Positions 7,760 to 17,180 of a stretch of 48,833 nt of DNA are shown piece by piece (position 1 is the first letter of the stretch; every line of letters starts with the position of its first letter). The position numbers and the translations under genes were made by a program. Source of the DNA: Nitrospiraceae bacterium (GTDB lineage: Bacteria; Nitrospirota; Nitrospiria; Nitrospirales; Nitrospiraceae); NCBI GenBank assembly GCA_036397655.1, contig DASWIN010000143.1:1-48833 (forward strand). Direction: 5' to 3'. The notes under the pieces were generated by a model that did not search any database, had not been told where the DNA came from, and saw only the letters and a program-made list of their open reading frames with translations.

Positions 7760-8557
7760 ATGCCGGCTATTCTTTTTATGGCCACGATCGCCCTCTATCT
7801 TGGCGGGACCGCCTTTTCTTCGGCCTATCTTTCACAGCGCGACGACACCCTCTCCAAGATCGCACTGGGCGTCACCGGCGTCGGGTTTCTCATGCACACG
7901 GTCGCCTTGCTGGCCCGGATGGTGGAGGCCGGCCCCGCCTCGCTGATCAGTTTTCACGATGCCCTTTCGTTTTTCGCCTGGTCGCTGGTGCTCGTCTTCT
8001 TGTGGGTGGATATGCGCCATCACCTGCACGTGATGGGGGCCTTTCTGCTTCCGCTTGCGTTGCTCTCGTTGATCTGGGCCGCCGCGCTGCCCAGGGAGGC
8101 GACGGGGCCGATGCTGAAAACCATCTGGGTGCACGTGACGTTGAGCATGCTGGGCACGGTCGGGTTCGCCGTGGCCTTTGCGGCCGGCCTCATGTACGTG
8201 ATCCAGGACGGACTTTTGAAGTCCAAGCAGTTCAATGCGCTCTATGCCAAGCTGCCGCCGCTGGATTTCCTCGATCATCTGAACCAACTGGCCATCGTGA
8301 CGGGATTTCCGCTGCTCACGCTCGGCATCATCACCGGCGCGCTGTCGGCGGAGGTGGCGCGGGGGGCCTATGTGAGTTGGAATCCGGAACAGGTCTGGGC
8401 GCTGGTGACCTGGGCGTTTTATTTTGCCGTCCTGCTGGGCCGGATCACCCTGGGATGGCGGGCCAAGCAAGCCGCCTACCTGACGATTATCGGATTCGGG
8501 GGCGTCGTGCTGACGCTGATCGGGGTGGTGATGAAGGGCCACGGGAACGCGCTGTGA
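7760..8557 (+). CDS. Cytochrome c assembly (CcsA/HemX-like) integral membrane protein
   Basis: Polytopic 265-aa protein with the Trp-rich segment SWNPEQVWALVTWAFYF, typical of the CcsA/CcmC/HemX family. It sits immediately upstream of hemA, as HemX does in Bacillus-type hem operons. Confidence 0.82.
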   Translation: MPAILFMATIALYLGGTAFSSAYLSQRDDTLSKIALGVTGVGFLMHTVALLARMVEAGPASLISFHDALSFFAWSLVLVFLWVDMRHHLHVMGAFLLPLALLSLIWAAALPREATGPMLKTIWVHVTLSMLGTVGFAVAFAAGLMYVIQDGLLKSKQFNALYAKLPPLDFLDHLNQLAIVTGFPLLTLGIITGALSAEVARGAYVSWNPEQVWALVTWAFYFAVLLGRITLGWRAKQAAYLTIIGFGGVVLTLIGVVMKGHGNAL

Positions 8558-8570
8558 GACAGGGCTGATC

Positions 8571-9953
8571 ATGCATATCATCGTCGTCGGACTCAGCCAC
8601 AAGACCGCGCCGGTCGAAGTGCGCGAAAAACTCGCGGTGCCGGAGAGCCGTCTGGACGAAGCCCTGTCACGCCTCCGCGGCTATGCCGGGATCAAGGAAG
8701 GTTTTCTGCTCTCGACCTGCAACCGCGTGGAAGTCTATGCCGTGGTCGATCAGATTGAAGAGGGGCACGCGCGCATTCAGGAGTTTTTCTCCGACACGCA
8801 TCTCTCGCTCTCGTCCGAACAGCTGACTCCCCATTTGTATGAGTACACGGGAGATCGGGCCATCGGACATCTATTCCGGGTCGCGGCAAGCCTCGATTCG
8901 ATGATCGTCGGAGAACCGCAGATCCTCGGACAGCTGAAAGATGCCTTCGAAGTCGCGCTGAATCACAAAGCCAGCGGCGTCGTGCTCAACAAGCTGGTCC
9001 GGAAGGCCATCTCGGTGGCCAAGCGCGTCCGGACGGAAACGAAAATCGCCGAGACCGCAGTCTCCGTCAGCTTTGCGGCGGTCGAGCTGGCCAGGAAGAT
9101 CTTTTCGAATTTGAGCGAAAAAACCGTGCTGCTCGTGGGGGCGGGAGAGATGGCCAAACTGGCCGCCCAGCGTCTCGTCGACCAGGGCGTCCGGAAAGTC
9201 TCCATCACGACCCGTGATGCCGCCAGCGCGGTCGATCTGGCCCGGCGGTTCAATGCGACCTCGATTCCGTTCGAGAGTTTCCGGCATGAAATGGGGGAGG
9301 CCGACATCGTCCTCTGTTCGACCGGTGCGGCGCATTATCTGATCGGTGTCGAGGACGTGCAGCAGGCGGTGCGGCGCAGGATGAACCGGCCGATCTTTCT
9401 GATCGACATCTCGGTCCCGCGCAACATCGACCCGGCCGTCAAGGACATCGACAATGCCTTCTTGTTCGACATCGACGATCTGGAAATGCGCGTGGAGCAG
9501 AACATGGAGGAGCGGCGGCGGGAGGCGGTAAAGGCGGAGCGGATGGTGGACGAGGAGGTGGGACAAATCCTCCAGTGGCTGAAGTCGCTGGAAGTTACCC
9601 CCACCATCATGGCGCTGCGCAGTCGCGCGGACGCCATCAAGCAGGCGGAGATCGACAAGGCCCTGGCCCGGCTGCAGAATCTGTCGGCGCAGGAGCGCAG
9701 CGTCGTGGAGGGGCTGGCCACGGCACTGGTGAACAAACTGCTGCACGGGTCGCTGGTCACGCTGAAGGCCGAATCCGCATCCGGAGGCGGCCCCATGTTT
9801 ATCGAGGCGGCGCGGCGATTTTTCGGGTTGGACGAGCAGACGGCCGGCCGTCCGGATGCCTCATTCCCGGGCGAGACACGTGATGAATCGGGCTCGCCGG
9901 ATTCATTGGCACGGGACCCGGAGCGGCATCCTGCAGGCAAACGGCAGGACTAG
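8571..9953 (+). CDS. hemA: Glutamyl-tRNA reductase
   Basis: MHIIVVGLSHKTAPVEVREKLAV...LLSTCNRVEVYAV (catalytic Cys motif), an NADPH-binding segment VLLVGAGEMAKLAA, and a long C-terminal helical region. Confidence 0.97.
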   Translation: MHIIVVGLSHKTAPVEVREKLAVPESRLDEALSRLRGYAGIKEGFLLSTCNRVEVYAVVDQIEEGHARIQEFFSDTHLSLSSEQLTPHLYEYTGDRAIGHLFRVAASLDSMIVGEPQILGQLKDAFEVALNHKASGVVLNKLVRKAISVAKRVRTETKIAETAVSVSFAAVELARKIFSNLSEKTVLLVGAGEMAKLAAQRLVDQGVRKVSITTRDAASAVDLARRFNATSIPFESFRHEMGEADIVLCSTGAAHYLIGVEDVQQAVRRRMNRPIFLIDISVPRNIDPAVKDIDNAFLFDIDDLEMRVEQNMEERRREAVKAERMVDEEVGQILQWLKSLEVTPTIMALRSRADAIKQAEIDKALARLQNLSAQERSVVEGLATALVNKLLHGSLVTLKAESASGGGPMFIEAARRFFGLDEQTAGRPDASFPGETRDESGSPDSLARDPERHPAGKRQD

Positions 9954-9991
9954 GTGGAGGAGAGGAGTCGGCGCGATGGAGGCGCAGCGCT

Positions 9992-10276
9992 GTGCCGCAG
10001 GGTCCCAAGCTCTTTACCTGTCCCCAATGTCGCCACCAGTACCTCGGGCACGATCCGCTTCCCGATTGTCCGCGGTGCGGGCATGACTACCGGGCCCAGG
10101 AAGGCGTGCGATGGGATCTGGTGGTCTACCTGCTGGCGATTCTGGGGCTCGTCAGCTATTTCCTGGTGTCGTCGAATTATCGCACCGGTATGGCCGGGGC
10201 GGAACGTGGGGGGCGATCGGTTCCCGAGGCGGGAGAGAAACTGCCCGGTTCGGCGACCGGTGCAGCGAGTCCCTAA
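9992..10276 (+). CDS. Small zinc-ribbon membrane protein (hypothetical)
   Basis: GTG start with GGAGG 9 nt upstream. CPQC-x14-CPRC zinc ribbon followed by one hydrophobic helix (WDLVVYLLAILGLVSYFLV). No family recognised. Competing overlapping ORFs in other frames look like high-GC shadows. Confidence 0.5.
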   Translation: MPQGPKLFTCPQCRHQYLGHDPLPDCPRCGHDYRAQEGVRWDLVVYLLAILGLVSYFLVSSNYRTGMAGAERGGRSVPEAGEKLPGSATGAASP

Positions 10277-10555
10277 CCCGCATTATTCATGATGGTTCGT
10301 TGCGAAATCGCACGATCGTGTCGTGAGACGGGCGTCCGGAGCTGCGAGAACCCGAGGAGGTACATACCAAGCTTCGCTTGAACCGCTCGCTTCAATATAT
10401 GCGAGCGGAGAGGTACTTTGCCTCCAGTGGGCTCAGATCGTACGTCGAGGGTGTGAGCAGCGAGGCCGCCCGCATGGCCGCCGGATGAATGCGGCCATGC
10501 TTGTCGCAACAGCGAGGGTGCGATTGCAGCAGAAGCGATCATGAATAATGCGGGT
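10276..10555 (+). repeat. MITE-like palindromic intergenic repeat, copy 2 (280 bp, with extra internal module)
   Basis: TIRs acccgcattattcatg (10276-10291) and catgaataatgcgggt (10540-10555). Shares ggttcgttgcgaaatcg and gcgattgcagcag-a-gcg blocks with copy 3. The first base is the third base of the upstream TAA stop codon. Confidence 0.85.
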
Positions 10556-10596
10556 GGCATGAATCCGGCCGGTAAGCCTGCTCGCGAGGCATACAG

Positions 10597-11544
10597 ATGG
10601 GCGTCGTAACGGCCGCCCGCCGGTCGCTGGTGCTGGGGACGCGCGGAAGCCCCCTGGCGATCTGGCAGGCCGAGTGGGTGCAGGCGAGACTGCGGGAGAT
10701 CGCCCCTGACGTCACGGTCACGCTGCAGCGGATCAAGACGTCGGGCGACAAGATTTTGGATGTGCCGCTGGCAAAAATTGGTGGCAAGGGACTGTTCGTC
10801 AAGGAGATTGAAGAAGCCCTGTTGCAGGGCACGATCGATCTGGCCGTCCACAGCATGAAGGATGTGCCGACGGCGCTGCCGGACGGATTGGACATCGTGT
10901 GCATGCCGGAACGGGAAGATCCGCGCGATGCGTTGATCAGCCGGGATGGCCGGAGGCTGGATGAACTGCCGCAGGGCGCGCGGGTCGGCACCAGCAGCCT
11001 GCGCCGGCAGGCGCAGTTGCTGCATCGCAGACCGGACTTGCAGATCGAAGTGCTGCGCGGCAACCTCGATACGCGGCTTCGGAAACTGCGGGACGGCGAA
11101 TTTGAGGCCATCCTGCTGGCGGCTGCCGGTCTCAGGCGGATGGGATGGGACGGGCAGATCACGGAGTACCTGGCCCCGGAGGTAAGTCTTCCGGCGATCG
11201 GGCAGGGCGCCTTGGGACTTGAAGGACGTCGTGACGATGCGTTTGTCTGCGAGATCGTCCGTCCATTGGAGCATGCGCCGACACGATTGGCCGTGACGGC
11301 CGAGCGGGCCCTGCTGGACCGGCTGGAGGGCGGCTGTCAGGTGCCGATCGCGGCCCATGCGACGCTCGCCGGAGAACGGCTTCACCTGGAAGGATTGGTC
11401 GCGAGTGTGGATGGTCGGCGGCTTGTCCAGGATCGGGCGGAAGGACCGGCGGCTGATGCGCGGGAGATCGGCATGCGTCTGGGCGAGCAGTTGCTTCGCC
11501 AGGGGGGCGAGGCGATTCTGAACGAAATTTATGGGAGAGCCTGA
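10597..11544 (+). CDS. hemC: Hydroxymethylbilane synthase (porphobilinogen deaminase)
   Basis: LVLGTRGSPLAIWQAEWV...IKTSGDKILDVPLAKIGGKGLFVKEIEEALL.GTIDLAVHSMKDVPT, canonical HemC blocks. Confidence 0.97.
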   Translation: MGVVTAARRSLVLGTRGSPLAIWQAEWVQARLREIAPDVTVTLQRIKTSGDKILDVPLAKIGGKGLFVKEIEEALLQGTIDLAVHSMKDVPTALPDGLDIVCMPEREDPRDALISRDGRRLDELPQGARVGTSSLRRQAQLLHRRPDLQIEVLRGNLDTRLRKLRDGEFEAILLAAAGLRRMGWDGQITEYLAPEVSLPAIGQGALGLEGRRDDAFVCEIVRPLEHAPTRLAVTAERALLDRLEGGCQVPIAAHATLAGERLHLEGLVASVDGRRLVQDRAEGPAADAREIGMRLGEQLLRQGGEAILNEIYGRA

Positions 11545-13105
11545 GGCGGTGAGAAAGAAAACCGGAATTGTCTACCTGGTCGGCGCCGGACCCGGCGATC
11601 CGAGATTGCTGACACTCCGCGGAAAGGAATGTCTGGAGCAGGCCGACGTGGTTCTGTACGATTACCTGGCCAATCCTGCATTGCTGGATTTCGCGCCGGC
11701 GCGGGCCGAACGGATTTACGTGGGGCGTCGGGGACGGGGCCATTATCAGGACCAACAGGAGATCAACCGGCTGCTGATCGAGAAAGTCCGTGCGGGGAAA
11801 ACCGTCGTGCGGTTGAAAGGCGGAGACCCGTTCGTCTTCGGACGCGGGGGGGAGGAGGCCGAGGCGGTGGCGGGCGCGGGGCTGCCGTTCGAAGTTGTGC
11901 CCGGCGTGACCTCGGCCGTGGCGGCACCGGCCTATGCGGGGATTCCCGTGACGCACCGCACGTTGGCATCCACAGTGACATTTGTGACGGGCCATGAGGA
12001 TCCGACCAAGGAGTCGGAGGCGCTGGAGTGGCCCAGGCTGGCGACGGCCCACGGAACGCTGGTCTTCCTCATGGGCGTCAAGAACCTTCCCTCGATCGTG
12101 GAAAATCTCCTGCGGGAGGGCAAACCGGCCGACACGCCGGCGGCGGTCATTCGCTGGGGCACAAAATCGGGCCAGCGCACGGTGATCGGCACGTTGGAGA
12201 CGATCGCAGGCAAGGCGGCGGAGGCGCAGATCGAACCCCCCTCCGTCATCGTGATCGGCGAGGTGGTGCGGCTCCGGGAGCAATTGAACTGGTTTGAAAC
12301 GAAACCGCTGTTCGGCAGACGGGTGCTGGTGACCAGGGCCCGCGAGCAGGCCGCCGAGCTGTCGCGTCTGCTGGTCGAGCAGGGGGCGGAGCCCGTGGAG
12401 TGTCCGACGATCCGGATCGCGCCGCCAGACAGTTGGGCCGAACTGGACGGAGCGATCGCCGGCCTCTCCCGATATCAGTGGCTGGTGTTCACCAGCGTGA
12501 ACGGGGTGAAGCCGTTCATGGACCGTCTGCAGCGCAAGGGGTTGGATGGGCGGGCTGTCGCGGGGATTCGGCTCTGCTGCATCGGTCCGCGCACGGCCGA
12601 AGCACTGGGCGCGTACGGGTTGCGCGCCGATCTGGTGCCGGCCGAATATCAGGCGGAAGGGCTGATCGAAGCGATGAAAGCGGCCGGCGTCAAGGGACAG
12701 CGCGTGCTGATTCCGCGGGCGGCCGTGGCGCGGGAGGTGCTGCCGGAGCAGTTGCGAGAACTCGGCGCGGACGTGCAGGTGGTGACGGCCTACCGCACGG
12801 TGCTTCCCGAAGTGGAAACCGATCGCGTGAAGGACCTGTTGCAGAAACAGGCGCTCCACGTGCTGACGTTCGCCAGTTCGTCGACCGTGAGGAATTTTTG
12901 CGGATTGTTCAGCGGCCGGGAGGAGATGCGCCGGTTGACCACCGGGGTGGTGGTCGCCTGCATCGGGCCCATTACCGCGAAGACAGCCGCGGAGGAGGGG
13001 CTTCCGGTCACGGTCACGGCAGCCGAGAATACGATTCCCGCGCTGGTGGAGGCCATCGTCCACCATGTGTCGACGTCCCGCGAGGGTGTGCCGGTTCGGT
13101 GTTAG
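11531..13105 (+). CDS. cobA-hemD: Fused uroporphyrinogen-III C-methyltransferase / uroporphyrinogen-III synthase
   Basis: The N-terminal half has SUMT motifs (VYLVGAGPGDPRLLTLRG, VVRLKGGDPFVFGRGGEE, VVPGVTSAVAAPAYAGIPVTHR). The C-terminal half is HemD-like (GRRVLVTRAREQAAELSRLL..GAEPVECPTIRI...). Its start overlaps the hemC stop by 14 nt. Confidence 0.94.
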   Translation: MGEPEAVRKKTGIVYLVGAGPGDPRLLTLRGKECLEQADVVLYDYLANPALLDFAPARAERIYVGRRGRGHYQDQQEINRLLIEKVRAGKTVVRLKGGDPFVFGRGGEEAEAVAGAGLPFEVVPGVTSAVAAPAYAGIPVTHRTLASTVTFVTGHEDPTKESEALEWPRLATAHGTLVFLMGVKNLPSIVENLLREGKPADTPAAVIRWGTKSGQRTVIGTLETIAGKAAEAQIEPPSVIVIGEVVRLREQLNWFETKPLFGRRVLVTRAREQAAELSRLLVEQGAEPVECPTIRIAPPDSWAELDGAIAGLSRYQWLVFTSVNGVKPFMDRLQRKGLDGRAVAGIRLCCIGPRTAEALGAYGLRADLVPAEYQAEGLIEAMKAAGVKGQRVLIPRAAVAREVLPEQLRELGADVQVVTAYRTVLPEVETDRVKDLLQKQALHVLTFASSSTVRNFCGLFSGREEMRRLTTGVVVACIGPITAKTAAEEGLPVTVTAAENTIPALVEAIVHHVSTSREGVPVRC

Positions 13106-13296
13106 ACCGCATTAGTCATGGCGGTTCGTTGCGAAATCGTGGAGTCGCGTTGCGAGAGAGGCAAGCACAGCCACGAAGGACTGAGGCGTACTTGAAACAG
13201 TACGCTGAAGGACTGAGCGGCGAGCACGCCTGCCGTCAGGCTTGTCGCAGCAGCGAATCTGCGATTGCAGCAGGAGCGTTCATGACTAATGCGGGC
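13105..13296 (+). repeat. MITE-like palindromic intergenic repeat, copy 3 (192 bp)
   Basis: TIRs gaccgcattagtcatg (13105-13120) and catgactaatgcgggc (13281-13296). Central hairpin gcgtact-tgaaac-agtacgc (13186-13205) is flanked by an 11-nt direct repeat gaaggactgag. The first base is the third base of the cobA-hemD TAG stop. Confidence 0.85.
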
Positions 13297-13340
13297 TGGA
13301 AGCAGCGGTATCATTCACATTCTGAACGGAGGAGATTCGT

Positions 13341-13733
13341 ATGGTTCCGGTGAAATCATTCATGGTGCCCATTGAGAAATTTGTGTCGGTCGATCGCGAT
13401 ACGGACGCGCGGATGGCAGCGGCGCTGATGCGGGATCGCAACATCGGCAGCCTGTTCGTGACGCGCAACAAGGAAATTATCGGCATTCTGACGGACACGG
13501 ACATGGTTCGCCGCGTGGTGGCGGTGGGCCTCGATGCCTCCAAGACGCCGGTTGAGCAGTTGATGTCGGCGCCGATTCTGGGGATCGAGGAGGACAAAAC
13601 CCTGCTCGATGCCAACGATCTGATGGCGAAGTCGCACTTGCGGCATCTCGGCGTCACGCGGAAGGGAAAGCTGGTGGGGATGATCTCGGTGCGGGATCTC
13701 GTGGTATTTCTAACCAATCTTCCCAGAAAATAA
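13341..13733 (+). CDS. CBS-domain pair protein
   Basis: 130-aa ORF, RBS GGAGGAG. Two CBS-like repeats (...[25 protein letters not shown]... and ...[23 protein letters not shown]). Confidence 0.88.
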   Translation: MVPVKSFMVPIEKFVSVDRDTDARMAAALMRDRNIGSLFVTRNKEIIGILTDTDMVRRVVAVGLDASKTPVEQLMSAPILGIEEDKTLLDANDLMAKSHLRHLGVTRKGKLVGMISVRDLVVFLTNLPRK

Positions 13734-13740
13734 GGCGCGC

Positions 13741-14715
13741 ATGGCGTTCCCACGACACAGAATGAGACGGTTGCGGCAGAACGACCCCCTGCGGCGATTG
13801 GTCAGGGAGACGCGGTTGACCGTGTCCGACTTGATCTATCCAATGTTTGTCACAGTCGGGAAGGATCGCCGGGATGAAATTTCATCGATGCCGGGGCAGT
13901 ATCGGGTGTCGGTGGATCTGCTGGTCAAGGAAGCAGCCGAGGTCAAGCTGCTTGGGATTCCCGCCGTGATCCTGTTTGGCGTGCCGGACAAGAAGGACGA
14001 ACGCGGCACGGGGGCCTACGACCCCAACGGGATTGTGCAGAAGGCTGTCCGCGCCCTGAAGGACCAGGTGTCGGACCTCCTGGTGATCACGGATGTCTGC
14101 ATCGACGAATACACCTCCCATGGACATTGCGGCCTGGTGAAGGAAGGGCGCATTCTCAACGATGAGACGCTGGAGTGCCTGCGGGCGATGGCCCGAACCC
14201 ATGCCCAGGCCGGGGCCGACATGGTGGCGCCGTCCGACATGATGGACGGCCGCGTGCTCGCAATTCGGGACGAATTGGACGGGGCCGGTTTTACGGAGCT
14301 GCCGATCATGTCCTATGCCGCCAAGTTCGCCTCGTGTTTTTACGCGCCGTTCCGGGACGCGGCGAAGTCCTCTCCCCAATTCGGGGACCGGCAGTCCTAT
14401 CAGATGGACCCGGCGAACGTCCGCGAGGCCTTGCGGGAGATCCGGTCGGACATCCAGGAGGGCGCCGACATCGTCATGGTGAAGCCGGCGCTGCCGTATC
14501 TCGATGTGATCGCCATGGCCCGCGCCAGGACGACGGTGCCGATTGCGGCCTATCAGGTCAGCGGCGAATACAGTATGATCAAGGCGGCGGCGCGCGCCGG
14601 ATGGCTGGATGAATCCCGCGCGATGATGGAATCGCTGCTCGCAATCAAACGGGCCGGCGCCGACATGATTCTGACGTATTACGCCAAGGATGCCGCGAAG
14701 CTGCTCAATCCCTGA
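13741..14715 (+). CDS. hemB: Porphobilinogen synthase (delta-aminolevulinate dehydratase)
   Basis: [29 protein letters not shown], active-site region [14 protein letters not shown], a Schiff-base lysine context ([11 protein letters not shown]), and C-terminal ILTYYA. Confidence 0.97.
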   Translation: MAFPRHRMRRLRQNDPLRRLVRETRLTVSDLIYPMFVTVGKDRRDEISSMPGQYRVSVDLLVKEAAEVKLLGIPAVILFGVPDKKDERGTGAYDPNGIVQKAVRALKDQVSDLLVITDVCIDEYTSHGHCGLVKEGRILNDETLECLRAMARTHAQAGADMVAPSDMMDGRVLAIRDELDGAGFTELPIMSYAAKFASCFYAPFRDAAKSSPQFGDRQSYQMDPANVREALREIRSDIQEGADIVMVKPALPYLDVIAMARARTTVPIAAYQVSGEYSMIKAAARAGWLDESRAMMESLLAIKRAGADMILTYYAKDAAKLLNP

Positions 14716-14733
14716 CGGCAAGCCCAAGATGGT

Positions 14734-15681
14734 ATGAAAATCACGCGAGGCCTGGCCGCACACCAGCGAGTCTCCCATCCGGTTCTCACCATCGGGAATT
14801 TCGACGGCCAGCATCTCGGCCATCGCACCTTGCTCCGCGATGTGGTGCTCCGGGCCAAAGCGGCCGATGGGACACCGATGGTACTGACGTTCGATCCCCA
14901 CCCGGTGAAGGTGTTGGCGCCGCACGTGAATCTCCGGTTTCTAACGATGCCGGACGAGAAGCTGGCCTATTTCCGGGATGCCGGCATTGCCGAAGTGCTG
15001 TTTCTGGAGTTTACGGCGGCCTTTGCCGCATTGACGCCGGATCAGTTCATGCAGCAGGTGTTGCACGACGGGGTCGGTGTGAAAGATCTGTTCATCGGTG
15101 AACATTTCGCGTTCGGCAAGGGGCGGGCGGGACGGATCGCGGATCTCGTCCGATTCGGCCGGGACGCCGGCTTTCAGGTGCATCCGGTTCAACCGCTGCG
15201 CGTGGATGGCGAGATCGTCAGTTCCACGCGGATCCGGCAGCTGATCCAACTCGGAGACGTCCGCGGCGCATCGCGGTGCCTGGGACGGCATTATGCGTTG
15301 GAAGGAATCGTGATGCCGGGCGAGCAGCGCGGCCAGAAGCTGGGGTGGCCGACCGCGAATTTGAAGTTGCCTCCGGACCGGGTGATTCCGGCGGACGGCG
15401 TCTATGCGACGAAAACCCTGTGGGGGGCGCGCACCTACGAATCTGTCTCCTATATCGGGACGCGGCCGACCTTTGGGGCCGGCGAGCGGCTGCTCGAAGT
15501 CTCCTTGCTCGATGCGCGGGAGAATCTGTACGGTCAGACGATCCGCGTGGAGTTCGTCGAACGGGTGCGGGGGGATCAGGTGTTTGAGAGCGCGGAAGAA
15601 CTGTCGGCACGCATCGAAGTCGATGTCCGGCAGGTGCGGCAGGCGCTGAAGGCCGAGCCCCAGCCCGTCACCGGCCTGTGA
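14734..15681 (+). CDS. ribF: Bifunctional riboflavin kinase / FMN adenylyltransferase
   Basis: N-terminal LTIGNFDGQHLGHRTLL (FAD synthetase motif). The C-terminal riboflavin-kinase part has GEQRGQKLGWPTANL and YGQTIRVEF. Confidence 0.95.
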   Translation: MKITRGLAAHQRVSHPVLTIGNFDGQHLGHRTLLRDVVLRAKAADGTPMVLTFDPHPVKVLAPHVNLRFLTMPDEKLAYFRDAGIAEVLFLEFTAAFAALTPDQFMQQVLHDGVGVKDLFIGEHFAFGKGRAGRIADLVRFGRDAGFQVHPVQPLRVDGEIVSSTRIRQLIQLGDVRGASRCLGRHYALEGIVMPGEQRGQKLGWPTANLKLPPDRVIPADGVYATKTLWGARTYESVSYIGTRPTFGAGERLLEVSLLDARENLYGQTIRVEFVERVRGDQVFESAEELSARIEVDVRQVRQALKAEPQPVTGL

Positions 15682-15699
15682 CAAGATTGTGAGCATACG

Positions 15700-17178
15700 A
15701 TGGCGATGACGACGCAAGTTGTGCGTAAGCCCGTCCGGGCGAAGCTCGAGCGGCACGTGGCTGCGGCGGCCAGGAGCCGGCATCTGTTTGCCGCAGGCGA
15801 CCATCTGCTGGTGGCCGTTTCGGGCGGGCCGGATTCGGTCGCGTTGTTGTCGGTGCTGGCTTCTCTCGCGCCGTCGATGCGGCTGACGCTGTCGGCACTG
15901 CACCTCAATTACGGCCTGCGCGGGGACGAGTCCGATGAAGATGCCCGGTTCGTGTCCCGCCTCTGTGCCGAACTGGAGGTCCCGCTGATCTGCGAGTTGG
16001 TTGATCTCTCCCGCACATCCGGTCCTGGCAAAAGGATGTCCCTGCAGGCCAACGCAAGAGAGGCGCGCTATACTGCTTTGCAACGCGCGGCGGAGGCCCT
16101 CGGCGCCTCGAAAATCGCGCTCGGCCACACGGCCGACGACCAGGCGGAGACCCTGCTCATGTGGATGCTGCGCGGATCGGGCGCCGCCGGTCTGGCCGGC
16201 ATCCGGCCCCTGCGCGACGCGGTCTACGTGCGGCCGTTGCTCGATGTCAGCCGCACCGATGTGCTGACGTACTTGAACGCGAAAGACCGGCCATTCCGGA
16301 CGGATTCCAGCAACGCCAAGCCGGTTTATCTGCGCAACCGGATTCGCCATGAGCTGCTCCCGCTGCTCAAGCGGTTTAATCCTGCCGTGGTGCGCGCCCT
16401 CACGCGCCAGGCAGACATTCTCCGCGATGAAGACGCGTGCCTGGACCGGTGGGTGACGGACTGGGTCGGCCGGCATGTCCTGGCGGCCGGGGACCGGTCG
16501 CTGGCGGTTCTTCGGTCGGCCCTGCTGGAACAGCCGATTGCGCTCCAGCGCCGGGTCATTCGCCGGGTGATGCAGCGGGTGGCAGGCGGTCCGCATGGGC
16601 CCACCTTTGGCGCGGTCGACGCGGTGCTGCGCAAGGTTGTCCGGGGTCGATCCGGTTCGTCGCTGGGTGTGCGCGGCGCGCGGGTCCTGCGGGACTATCA
16701 GTACGTCAGATTCTTCCCCGCGCGGCACGCCGGCCGGCTACAGGGCGAAGTTCCACCGGCCCGTCCAGTCAGCGTGCGTGCGCACGTTCCGTCCACCGTG
16801 GTCTGGCCGCCGACCGGGGAGACGCTGCGCCTGCGACTTGCCGGTGCGGAGGACGAACAGAGGCCTGCCGGGCGGCATGTCGCGAGATTCGATGCCGATC
16901 GGTTCACGCCGCAGCTCGAAATCCGCTCCTGGCGGGCGGGCGATGTGTTTTGTCCCCTTGGAATGGGCGGGCGCCGGAAGAAGCTGCAGGACTACTTTTC
17001 GGATACCAAGCTGCCTCGCGGGCGGAGGGCCGGCGTGCCGTTGCTGGTCGCGCCGGAGGGCATTCTCTGGGTCGTGGGACATCGGGCGGACCATCGCTTC
17101 CGGGTGAGGCCGTCCACGACACGCATTGTGACGGCGGAGGTGTGGCCGGCTGAAACGGGCGGGGAGGGAAAGGGCTGA
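15700..17178 (+). CDS. tilS: tRNA(Ile)-lysidine synthetase
   Basis: PP-loop motif LLVAVSGGPDSVALL, then GHTADDQAETLLM. Conserved tilS-hpt-ftsH neighbourhood. Confidence 0.94.
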   Translation: MAMTTQVVRKPVRAKLERHVAAAARSRHLFAAGDHLLVAVSGGPDSVALLSVLASLAPSMRLTLSALHLNYGLRGDESDEDARFVSRLCAELEVPLICELVDLSRTSGPGKRMSLQANAREARYTALQRAAEALGASKIALGHTADDQAETLLMWMLRGSGAAGLAGIRPLRDAVYVRPLLDVSRTDVLTYLNAKDRPFRTDSSNAKPVYLRNRIRHELLPLLKRFNPAVVRALTRQADILRDEDACLDRWVTDWVGRHVLAAGDRSLAVLRSALLEQPIALQRRVIRRVMQRVAGGPHGPTFGAVDAVLRKVVRGRSGSSLGVRGARVLRDYQYVRFFPARHAGRLQGEVPPARPVSVRAHVPSTVVWPPTGETLRLRLAGAEDEQRPAGRHVARFDADRFTPQLEIRSWRAGDVFCPLGMGGRRKKLQDYFSDTKLPRGRRAGVPLLVAPEGILWVVGHRADHRFRVRPSTTRIVTAEVWPAETGGEGKG

Positions 17179-17180
17179 GC

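Noticed and set aside
9856-10292. Alternative ORFs 9856-10086 (+) and 9954-10292 (+) between hemA and hemC
   Set aside because: They overlap the Zn-ribbon/TM ORF in other frames and lack motifs or an RBS. The 9992-10276 frame is the only one with a structured CxxC...CxxC plus TM pattern and a GGAGG upstream. Even that call is only moderate confidence.
11159-13066. 635-aa ORF antisense to cobA-hemD
   Set aside because: It lies opposite a gene with unambiguous SUMT/HemD motifs. The product is low-complexity (R, P, G, H, Q rich) with no recognisable domain, so it is a typical high-GC shadow ORF.
13102-13314. Small ORFs inside the repeat copies (13102-13314 minus, 17726-17968 minus, 17742-17978 plus, 1132-1419 minus, and the 3' end of 10273-11385 minus), some sharing an ISQRTAM-x-NAG-like peptide
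   Set aside because: The shared peptide simply reflects the shared TIR DNA. ORF lengths, frames and starts are not conserved between copies, and the ORFs run out of the element into flanking DNA. I saw no evidence of a conserved coding frame.
14941-16728. 595-aa ORF antisense to ribF/tilS
   Set aside because: It spans two well-supported sense genes and their junction, has an Arg/Pro-rich composition and shows no motifs. Shadow ORF.
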